Below are positions 1 to 6,781 of a stretch of DNA of 40,200 nucleotides, piece by piece; the first letter of the stretch is position 1, and every line of letters starts with the position of its first letter. The notes beneath the pieces were generated by a model. That model was not told the DNA's origin, ran no database searches, and saw only the letters and a program-made list of their open reading frames with translations. The position numbers were made by a program, and so were the translations under genes. Source of the stretch: Bacteroidaceae bacterium (GTDB lineage: Bacteria; Bacteroidota; Bacteroidia; Bacteroidales; Bacteroidaceae); the NCBI GenBank assembly GCA_017420875.1, contig JAFQNW010000045.1, positions 1 through 40,200 of the forward strand, read 5' to 3'.

Positions 1-95
1 ACAGAACCGTCTGCCTGTTTTGCCAGCTTTCCCGTTTCGAGCGTGATGGTTCTTCCATCAGGAAGCTCGATCGTCTTAACAATAGGATTAATCAT
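1..95 (-). CDS. pnp: Polyribonucleotide nucleotidyltransferase (PNPase), 5' fragment running off the window
   Basis: Not in the ORF track. The reverse strand from ATG at 95 reads [32 protein letters not shown], the characteristic PNPase N-terminus (LETGxxAKQADG). Confidence 0.93.
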
Positions 96-134
96 AAAAA
101 TGTGTTATTATATATTTTTCTTCATAAAATCGTG

Positions 135-142
135 CAAAGATA
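135..142 (-). promoter_or_regulatory. Bacteroidetes sigma-A -7 element (TATCTTTG) for pnp
   Basis: CAAAGATA on + is TATCTTTG on -, about 40 nt upstream of the pnp ATG. Confidence 0.6.
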
Positions 143-236
143 GGTAATAATTCTTCTAATAAGGTGGAAATGAGGTAAAAAGTTATTTTTATTGCTGTTT
201 TTTTTCATTTTAACATTGAAGAACCTTCATAAATGC

Positions 237-266
237 TTTGTTAAATGATGAAAAGGCGTATCTTTG
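237..266 (+). promoter_or_regulatory. Bacteroidetes promoter (-33 TTTG, -7 TATCTTTG) for the TlpA-like gene
   Basis: TTTG at 237-240 and TATCTTTG at 259-266. Confidence 0.6.
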
Positions 267-309
267 CACCGAATTTTAGTTGAATACACACTTTTATAAA
301 AAAATAGTG

Positions 310-1458
310 ATGAAGAAAGTCGTATATTTTTTGTTCGCATTGGTGTTGATAGGATTTTCCGCTTGCGACAATGAACCAAAATTTAAGGTTCAAGGTAATG
401 TGACTGGTGCAGAAGACAAGACTCTTTATTTTGAAGCATCGGGTTTGAATGGTATTGTTGTGTTGGACTCTACAAAGCTGAATAGTAACGGTGGATTTAG
501 TTTTGCCGAAAAGTGTCCGGAGTCGCCGGAGTTTTATCGTTTGCGTCTGGATGGTAAAATCGTGAACTTTGCTGTTGACTCGACAGAAACTGTTCAAATC
601 AAGGCTGACGCCGGAAAGTTTGATACCGAATATACCATCGAAGGTTCTGAAAACAACCTGAAGATTAAGGAACTTGTTCTGTTGCAGGCTGCTTTGCAAC
701 AAAAGGTAGACAAGTTGGGCCAGAACACTTCCATGCCGGCAGGTATCATGCAGGATAGCTTGGTTTCAATGGTGAACAACTATAAGAATAATGTAAAGCG
801 TAATTACATCTTCAAAGCTCCGAACACTTCTTATGCATATTTCGCTTTGTTCCAGACCTTGAACGGATACATGATTTTCGATGCTTTAGCCAATAAAGAA
901 GACATCAAGTGCTTTGCTGCCGTGGCAACAAGCTTGAACAATACTTATCCGCATGCCGACCGCTCACGTAATCTTTACAACATGGTAATCAAGGGTATGA
1001 AGAATACTCGCGAGCCGCGTCAGGAAACCATCGAAATCGATGCAAGCATTGTATCCGAAGCCGGTGTGATTGACATTGAGTTGAAGGATGTGAAGGGTGC
1101 TGTACGTCGTTTGACAGACCTGAAGGGCAAGGTTGTATTGGTAGACTTTACTATGTACAACAATGCCATGTCGACAGCTCATAACATGGCTTTGCGTGAA
1201 CTCTATGACAAGTATCATACCAAAGGTTTGGAAATTTATCAGATCTCTTTGGATCCGGATGAACACTTCTGGAAGACTGTATCCGATAACTTGCCTTGGG
1301 TTTGTGTGCGTGATGCTACAGGAGCCTATTCAAAGTACGTTACTTTGTATAGCGTAACTAACTTGCCGGCTATCTTCCTGGTGAACCGTAACAACGAGCT
1401 TAGTGCACGTGGCGAAGATGTGGAAGATATCGAAGCAGCTATTCGCAAAATGCTGTAA
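310..1458 (+). CDS. DUF4369 + TlpA/AhpC-TSA thioredoxin-fold lipoprotein (CxxC motif absent)
   Basis: ATG at 310 gives a lipoprotein signal (MKKVVYFLFALVLIGFSA-C). The C-terminal thioredoxin-fold motifs LTDLKGKVVLVDF, GLEIYQISLD, LPW and LPAIFLV are present. Confidence 0.8.
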   Translation: MKKVVYFLFALVLIGFSACDNEPKFKVQGNVTGAEDKTLYFEASGLNGIVVLDSTKLNSNGGFSFAEKCPESPEFYRLRLDGKIVNFAVDSTETVQIKADAGKFDTEYTIEGSENNLKIKELVLLQAALQQKVDKLGQNTSMPAGIMQDSLVSMVNNYKNNVKRNYIFKAPNTSYAYFALFQTLNGYMIFDALANKEDIKCFAAVATSLNNTYPHADRSRNLYNMVIKGMKNTREPRQETIEIDASIVSEAGVIDIELKDVKGAVRRLTDLKGKVVLVDFTMYNNAMSTAHNMALRELYDKYHTKGLEIYQISLDPDEHFWKTVSDNLPWVCVRDATGAYSKYVTLYSVTNLPAIFLVNRNNELSARGEDVEDIEAAIRKML

Positions 1459-1512
1459 AATCCTAATTCTGAGCTGAATTTGTTTAAAGATGTTACAAGA
1501 TGTCCTTTAAAA

Positions 1513-1544
1513 TTTGGCTTGTATTGATTAAAAGACTATCTTTG
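1513..1544 (+). promoter_or_regulatory. greA promoter (-33 TTTG, -7 TATCTTTG)
   Basis: TTTG at 1513-1516, a 20-nt spacer, then TATCTTTG at 1537-1544. Confidence 0.7.
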
Positions 1545-1560
1545 CAAGAGAAATAATGAG

Positions 1561-1602
1561 GAGGGTTCCGACATAGCAAGGTGTCGGAATTCTTTTTATT
1601 TT
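1561..1602 (+). terminator. Intrinsic terminator-like hairpin in the greA leader
   Basis: Stem GGTTCCGACAT / GTGTCGGAATT followed by CTTTTTATTTT. Confidence 0.6.
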
Positions 1603-1646
1603 ATAGGCGTAAAAGAATAATAATAAAAATAAGGAGGAAAAACATT

Positions 1647-2111
1647 ATGGCTTATATGTCAGAAGAAGGTTACAAGCAATTGGTTGAAGAACTGAGACAC
1701 TTGGAATCTGTAGAACGTCCGAAGATTGTAGCTGCTATCGCAGAAGCTCGCGATAAAGGCGATTTGTCGGAAAATGCAGAATACGATGCTGCAAAAGAAG
1801 CACAAGGTTTGTTGGAAATGAAGATTAGCCAGTTGAAAGCTACTATCGGTGATGCAAAGATTATCGATACTTCTAAATTGAAGGCAGATACTGTACAGAT
1901 TTTAAGCAAAGTAGAGTTGAAGAATGTCAAGAATGGCATGAAGATGGTTTATACCTTGGTGGCAGAAACCGAAGCAAACTTGAAACTTGGCAAGATTTCG
2001 GTAAACACTCCGATTGCTCAAGGTTTGCTTGGCAAGAAGGTAGGCGATGTAGCTGAAATCACTATCCCACAAGGTAAAATCAGTTTGGAGATTTTGAACA
2101 TTTCATTTTAA
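1647..2111 (+). CDS. greA: Transcription elongation factor GreA
   Basis: Motifs EARDKGDLSENAEYDAAK and ISVNTPIAQGLLGK; ATG at 1647 (154 aa). Confidence 0.97.
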   Translation: MAYMSEEGYKQLVEELRHLESVERPKIVAAIAEARDKGDLSENAEYDAAKEAQGLLEMKISQLKATIGDAKIIDTSKLKADTVQILSKVELKNVKNGMKMVYTLVAETEANLKLGKISVNTPIAQGLLGKKVGDVAEITIPQGKISLEILNISF

Positions 2112-2116
2112 TGAAT

Positions 2117-2152
2117 AGGCAGGTTCGCATGCATTGCGGAACTGCCTTTTTT
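2117..2152 (+). terminator. Intrinsic terminator after greA
   Basis: Imperfect stem AGGCAGGTTCGCA / TGCGGAACTGCCT followed by a T run. Confidence 0.65.
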
Positions 2153-2165
2153 AATTATCATCGAC

Positions 2166-2573
2166 ATGGCAACAATATTCAGTAGAATCATTGCAGGTGA
2201 AATTCCTAGCTACAAGGTAGCTGAAAATGAACAGTTTTATGCGTTTCTGGACATTAATCCGTTGGTGAAAGGCCATACCTTGGTAGTCCCCAAGCGTGAA
2301 GTGGATTATATCTTTGATTTGGAAGATGAAGAAGTGGCGGCTATGCATGTATTTGCAAAGGGAGTAGCTTTGGCCATTCAGCAGGCGTTCCCTTGCCAGA
2401 AGGTGGGCGAAGCCGTTATCGGTTTGGAAGTGCCTCATGCACATATTCATTTGATTCCTATCCAAAAGGAATCGGACATGTTGTTCTCTAACCCTAAGTT
2501 GAAGCTTTCCAATGAAGAGTTTGTGGCTATCGCCAAGGCCATTAACGAAGCTTGGGAAGGCAACCGCAAATAA
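2166..2573 (+). CDS. HIT (histidine triad) family protein
   Basis: IFSRIIAGEIPS, AFLDINP..GHTLVVP and the HAHIH triad. Confidence 0.93.
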   Translation: MATIFSRIIAGEIPSYKVAENEQFYAFLDINPLVKGHTLVVPKREVDYIFDLEDEEVAAMHVFAKGVALAIQQAFPCQKVGEAVIGLEVPHAHIHLIPIQKESDMLFSNPKLKLSNEEFVAIAKAINEAWEGNRK

Positions 2574-2596
2574 CCTTCTTCCTTAATAATATAAAC

Positions 2597-2630
2597 AAAG
2601 GGAGGATACTTACCGGTATCCTCCCTTTTT
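2597..2630. terminator. Bidirectional terminator between convergent genes
   Basis: Stem AAAGGGAGGATAC / GTATCCTCCCTTT with A and T tails. Confidence 0.75.
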
Positions 2631-2633
2631 GTT

Positions 2634-3677
2634 TTATACAAATTCGTCTCCAAGTTTGATTTGTACGTCGTTTACGTAACGTCGGATAGTGCTTTCGTCA
2701 TCCTTTCGGCAAACCAGTAACACATTGTCCGTATCGGCCACCAAGTAATCTTCCAATCCTTGCAATACGGCCAGCTTTCCATTCTGCAAGGCTATGATGT
2801 TGTTCTTGCAATCGTAAAGCAAAGTCTGGCCTTTGATGATGACATTCTTTTGAAGGTCTTTGGGTAGTGCATCGTGTAGCGAGCCCCAGGTTCCCAAGTC
2901 TGCCCAACCGAAGTTACAGATTTGTACATATACATTTTCGGCTTTTTCCATGATGCCGTAGTCTATCGAGATGTTCGGGCTGGAAGTGAATCCTTCTTCG
3001 CCATCCGATAGTTTGGAGCTTATTTCCGGCATGATGCGTTCGAATGCTTCGAGAATGGTGTTTACATTCCACAAGAAGATACCCGAGTTCCAGTAGAATT
3101 CCTCGCTTTCCACAAATACTTGGGCAAACTCCAGCTGAGGCTTCTCTACAAAGGTTTTGACTTTATGGAAGTCGCCTCGCTTCTCGTCGGCTATTTGGAT
3201 GTAGCCGTATCCGGTTTCCGGTCGGCTAGGCTTGATGCCCAGTGTCAGCAGTTGAGGTTCTTTGGCCACAAACTCCAATCCTTTCTGAACAGCTTCGATG
3301 AATTCGGCCTCTTTCAGGATGAGGTGGTCGGCGGGTGCCACAACGAGGTTTGCATCCGGATTCAGGGACTGGATTTTTTGTGAAGCCCATGCAATGCAAG
3401 GGGCTGTATTTCTTCGTGTCGGCTCCAACAGAATTTGGTCTTCGCTCAGTTCGGGCAACTGCTCTTTAACCAATTCTTTGTACTGGACATTGGTCACGAC
3501 ATAGATATTTTCTTGAGGTACAATTTTACTGTATCTGTTGAAGGTGAGTTGTAAAAGCGTCTGTCCGGCTCCGAAGAAATCCAGGAACTGCTTGGGTTTA
3601 TCTTTACGGCTATATGGCCAGAACCGGCTACCGATACCACCGGCCATAATCACACAATAGTTGTTGCAACTTGTCAT
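2634..3677 (-). CDS. Mannose-1-phosphate guanylyltransferase
   Basis: Motifs VIMAGGIGSRFWPYSR..KPKQFL, EPTRRNTAPCI, PETGYGYI, FVEKP, WNSGIF, ISIDYGIMEK and GWADLGTW. Confidence 0.93.
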   Translation of the reverse strand: MTSCNNYCVIMAGGIGSRFWPYSRKDKPKQFLDFFGAGQTLLQLTFNRYSKIVPQENIYVVTNVQYKELVKEQLPELSEDQILLEPTRRNTAPCIAWASQKIQSLNPDANLVVAPADHLILKEAEFIEAVQKGLEFVAKEPQLLTLGIKPSRPETGYGYIQIADEKRGDFHKVKTFVEKPQLEFAQVFVESEEFYWNSGIFLWNVNTILEAFERIMPEISSKLSDGEEGFTSSPNISIDYGIMEKAENVYVQICNFGWADLGTWGSLHDALPKDLQKNVIIKGQTLLYDCKNNIIALQNGKLAVLQGLEDYLVADTDNVLLVCRKDDESTIRRYVNDVQIKLGDEFV

Positions 3678-3789
3678 GATATTGATTGTTTAAAGTTTTT
3701 GCTAAGTTAGAATTTATTTTCATTTTCCCTAAAGTATTTATGATAAATGATGTTATAAAAACTTTTTTTGAAGAAAAACCGCCAAAATA

Positions 3790-3820
3790 TTTGGCAGTAT
3801 ACAAAAAAGTCGTACCTTTG
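3790..3820 (+). promoter_or_regulatory. tRNA promoter (-33 TTTG, -7 TACCTTTG)
   Basis: TTTG at 3790-3793, a 19-nt spacer, then TACCTTTG at 3813-3820. Confidence 0.75.
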
Positions 3821-3855
3821 CATCCGCAATCAAGAAATAACTCTTGAATCGAAAT

Positions 3856-3939
3856 GCCCAGATGGCGGAATCGGTAGACGCGCTGGTCTCAAACACCAGT
3901 GGATTCACTTCCATCCCGGTTCGACCCCGGGTCTGGGTA
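3856..3939 (+). tRNA. tRNA-Leu (anticodon CAA)
   Basis: Acceptor stem GCCCAGA/TCTGGGT plus discriminator A. D arm GGCGGAATCGGTAGACGC, anticodon arm CTGGT-CTCAAAC-ACCAG, long variable arm, T arm CCCGG-TTCGACC-CCGGG. CCA is not encoded. Confidence 0.96.
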
Positions 3940-3944
3940 CGAAG

Positions 3945-3979
3945 AAAGGAGAAGGTTTTCAGGACTTTCTCCTTTTTTT
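3945..3979 (+). terminator. Terminator after tRNA-Leu
   Basis: Stem AAAGGAGAAGGT / ACTTTCTCCTTT followed by a T run. Confidence 0.7.
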
Positions 3980-4071
3980 ATGTGCAAGCCAAAAGGTACT
4001 TTTTCACTTTTGGAGGACATGTTTTCTTTTAAGAATTACTGCAGCCTCTATTCCCGACTTTAAAAAGCAAC

Positions 4072-4135
4072 CACCTTCACTCCCTCACGAACGGCATGCT
4101 TCTTGATTGTCAATCTCAAAAAGTGCCGTTCCGTG
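4072..4135 (-). repeat. 64-bp hairpin-forming repeat, copy A (inverted relative to copy B at 8998-9061)
   Basis: The reverse complement matches 8998-9061 at 56/64 positions by hand alignment. Confidence 0.85.
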
Positions 4136-4161
4136 GTTTTTGAAGTGAATTTCCACCACCG

Positions 4162-4188
4162 TGTCATCCCGAGCAATGCGAAAGATCT
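4162..4188 (+). repeat. REP-like half element (TGTCATCCCGAGC..GCGAAAGATCT)
   Basis: Resembles the widespread GTCATYCYGAGC..GCGARGRATCT palindromic-repeat family. A related inverted half lies at 15565-15585. Confidence 0.45.
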
Positions 4189-4269
4189 GTATACACCCAC
4201 AAGAATATTGCCCGCCATCAAGTTACATTCTCCGAAAGTCGCAGAAGACTTTTCTGTTTCTTCTGCTCT

Positions 4270-4365
4270 AAAAAGTTAATCAGAAGTTTTGATTCGTCAA
4301 TCAAAAGTTTTGTTTGGCAAATCAGAACTTATGATTCGCGAATCATAAGTTCTGATTAACTTTTT
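4270..4365. repeat. Array of four 21-bp quasi-palindromic units with 16-bp terminal inverted repeats
   Basis: Units start at 4278, 4299, 4320 and 4341 (consensus AATCANAANTTNTGATT; unit 2 has one mismatch). 4320-4357 is a perfect 38-bp palindrome. The ends are AAAAAGTTAATCAGAA / TTCTGATTAACTTTTT. Confidence 0.85.
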
Positions 4366-4499
4366 CTTCTTGAAGTGATGAACTTTGTTTCAGCAAGAAA
4401 AGGATTATTCATCAAGGATGTCCGGATTATGCTTTGGCTTTTCTTCACCGGCAGATATAAGCAACCAGCTGTTTCACTGCACTTTTTTGTAAAGAAACG

Positions 4500-4530
4500 T
4501 TTGCCTGTCTGTAAAAAATAACTAAATTTG
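4500..4530 (+). promoter_or_regulatory. Promoter of the TPR regulator (-33 TTTG, -7 TAAATTTG)
   Basis: TTTG at 4500-4503, a 19-nt spacer, then TAAATTTG at 4523-4530; the ATG is only 5 nt downstream. Confidence 0.65.
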
Positions 4531-4535
4531 TAATC

Positions 4536-6281
4536 ATGAAAGCAAGATTATACATCCTCGTTTTATTACTGGTTATCGGGTGGAGCAGTTGCACCCGCCG
4601 TACTACTTATCCCCTCTTTATACAGGAGGCAGTAAAGTGCATGGATAGCCGTCCCGACCGTGCCCTTGAGTTGTTGAAGTATCTGGAGGACAGCCTATCA
4701 AGCTATCCCGAAGAAACACAAATGTATTATCACTTGCTTTCCATCCAGGCCAAGGACAAGCAATATATTACCCATACCGATGACTCCCTGATTAACTGCA
4801 TTGTGGAATTCTATGAAAACCGTGACGATGCCGACAAAAAGATGATGGCTTATTATTACCAAGGTAGTACCTATCGCGATATGAACGATGCTCCCCGAGC
4901 GTTGAAGTCCTACCAACAGGCGATAGATATAAGTTCACCGGATAATGAATTGCTTCCAAAAGTGTATAACCAGATGGGAGCTTTGTTCGCTTATCAAGGA
5001 CTGTACGATGAAGCGATAAAAATAAGTCAAAGACAAATCGATTTCTATAAAAAAAGAAAAGAGCCAAACAAAGCTTCTTACGCTTTTAGGGATATTGCCC
5101 GAATACACGACGTAAAAGAGCAACACGATAGTGCCTTATATTATTATAATAAAGCCTGCGAAATGGCATTAATTATTAAAGATTCTGTAAGATATTATAA
5201 CATTGCAAGTGAATTAGGTGGATTTTATTATGAAATAGACAACAAGTCACTTGCAAAAAAGATTTTACTCTCTGTACAAAATAAACCTCAAATAGTAAAC
5301 AAGGCTCATATATATCCATTCCTTGGCTATATTTATATGAATGAGCAGAAATGGGATTCTGCTTACTATTATTTTAGAAAAACTTTAGGAGAAGGGAATT
5401 TACGACAAAGATTTCATACTTTTTATGACTTATCTAGGTTGGAAACAAAAAGAGGAAAATATAAACGAGCTATCGATTATATGAATCAATATATATTCAT
5501 GAAAGATTCTGTGGACAAAATCACCAAAACAGAAACAGTCGCCAAAATCAACTCTCTATACAATTATCAGCATACAGAAAAAGAAAACCACCAACTTAAA
5601 TTTAATAAAGAAAAACAAAAGAACACTATACTATTACTTTTGCTGACTATTTCAATACTTTTTGTAACAGGAACCTTTCTTTTCAACATTCAACGGAGAA
5701 AGAATCGATTAGCTTTAGAGCATGAAAAAAAGCTAAAAGAAATAGAAAAGGCTAATTATGTCAAAAGTCTAGAGGCTATTGCTGAGAACAATAAAAAGAT
5801 TTCGGAACTGGACGCACAGCTTAAAAAAGCACAAAAAAACACCAGTAATTTAGAACATGAATTAATTCTCATTCAAAAGAAAAAATTAGAACTACGCAAT
5901 AAAGAAATTACAGTTGATAAAAACGAACAAGAATTACGTATAGCCGTATTTCAACAATCATCTATTTATTACTTATTGCAACGTGCAGCTGCAGACGAAT
6001 CCAATAAGGTTACAGACGAAGACTGGGACAGAATTGCATCTCAAATCGATTATATATATCCAGATTTCTCCAAACATTTATATGAACTATATCCACAACT
6101 CTCCAAGATTGAATTGCATATTTGTTGGTTAACCAAGCTCTCTTTCTCTCCGGCCAACATTGCTAGAATATTACTACGTTCCAAGTCTGCTATTACCAAC
6201 GCCCGCGTACGGCTTCACAAAAAGATTCACAAAACAGACGGAACAAGCGAGCAGTTTGACGAATTCATAAAAAAACTATGA
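4536..6281 (+). CDS. Tetratricopeptide-repeat, membrane-spanning transcriptional regulator with C-terminal LuxR-like HTH
   Basis: Lipoprotein-type signal (..IGWSS-C) and multiple TPR-like helices (AYYYQGSTYRDMNDAPRALKSYQQA, SALYYYNKA, DSAYYYFRKTL). These are followed by a TM helix (TILLLLLTISILFVTGTFLF), a coiled coil, and LSKIELHICWLTKL..SPANIARIL.RS..AITNARVRLHKK. Confidence 0.8.
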   Translation: MKARLYILVLLLVIGWSSCTRRTTYPLFIQEAVKCMDSRPDRALELLKYLEDSLSSYPEETQMYYHLLSIQAKDKQYITHTDDSLINCIVEFYENRDDADKKMMAYYYQGSTYRDMNDAPRALKSYQQAIDISSPDNELLPKVYNQMGALFAYQGLYDEAIKISQRQIDFYKKRKEPNKASYAFRDIARIHDVKEQHDSALYYYNKACEMALIIKDSVRYYNIASELGGFYYEIDNKSLAKKILLSVQNKPQIVNKAHIYPFLGYIYMNEQKWDSAYYYFRKTLGEGNLRQRFHTFYDLSRLETKRGKYKRAIDYMNQYIFMKDSVDKITKTETVAKINSLYNYQHTEKENHQLKFNKEKQKNTILLLLLTISILFVTGTFLFNIQRRKNRLALEHEKKLKEIEKANYVKSLEAIAENNKKISELDAQLKKAQKNTSNLEHELILIQKKKLELRNKEITVDKNEQELRIAVFQQSSIYYLLQRAAADESNKVTDEDWDRIASQIDYIYPDFSKHLYELYPQLSKIELHICWLTKLSFSPANIARILLRSKSAITNARVRLHKKIHKTDGTSEQFDEFIKKL

Positions 6282-6291
6282 TTTAAAATTA

Positions 6292-6310
6292 TGTGAACTG
6301 TTTTGTGAAC
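6292..6310 (+). promoter_or_regulatory. TGTGAAC direct repeat, candidate activator site
   Basis: TGTGAAC at 6292-6298 and 6304-6310, upstream of a non-consensus -7-like CTAACTTGC (6342-6350). Confidence 0.4.
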
Positions 6311-6380
6311 GGAAATTCTTCTCGTATCTAAAAGATTCTGCCTAACTTGCAAAAACAAAACTAAAAGCAAGGAGGTTAGA

Positions 6381-6731
6381 ATGAAATTTTTTATTATCTA
6401 TTTAACTCTATTCTTTTTTAGCATAGGAAATATATATGCGGAAAAGGAACCTATTCCCGACGATCACAAATGGGGACAATCTGGAGACCGAGAAAACAAT
6501 TCCCCACAGTTGTATCAAGACGATACCTATGTATATGTCTATTCAGAGAAACAACTAGACAATCTATACATTGGTATTACCGACATGCTAGGAAATGTAT
6601 TTTATGAAGAAACAACTACAGTTCCGGCAGGTCAATATTATGCTATACCAATTAGTTCATTACCTGATGGTACGTATTACCTTAGTATTATACAAGGTAG
6701 CAATTATGTTATAGGTATATTCTCTAAATAA
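6381..6731 (+). CDS. Small secreted DUF3244-like (Ig-like / T9SS-CTD-like) protein
   Basis: Signal peptide, then the pattern IGITDMLGNVFYE..IPISSLPDGTYYLSI..G.F typical of DUF3244-like proteins found next to Bacteroidales TPR regulators. Confidence 0.7.
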   Translation: MKFFIIYLTLFFFSIGNIYAEKEPIPDDHKWGQSGDRENNSPQLYQDDTYVYVYSEKQLDNLYIGITDMLGNVFYEETTTVPAGQYYAIPISSLPDGTYYLSIIQGSNYVIGIFSK

Positions 6732-6781
6732 GGGATGTACCTATTTATATCCAATTTATTTTAACCCTAAACATCTATACT

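Noticed and set aside
3768-4106. ORFs 3768-4106 and 3844-4032
   Set aside because: They overlap the tRNA, its promoter and its terminator, and show no protein motifs.
4270-4365. CRISPR array interpretation of the 21-bp repeats (also 22462-22533)
   Set aside because: The units are contiguous with only ~4 variable nt, there are no unique 30-40-nt spacers, and no cas genes are present.
4418-4492. 24-codon ORF (MSGLCFGF...) upstream of the TPR regulator as a signalling peptide
   Set aside because: It has no promoter or A-rich initiation context and no recognisable features; short ORFs of this size are expected by chance.
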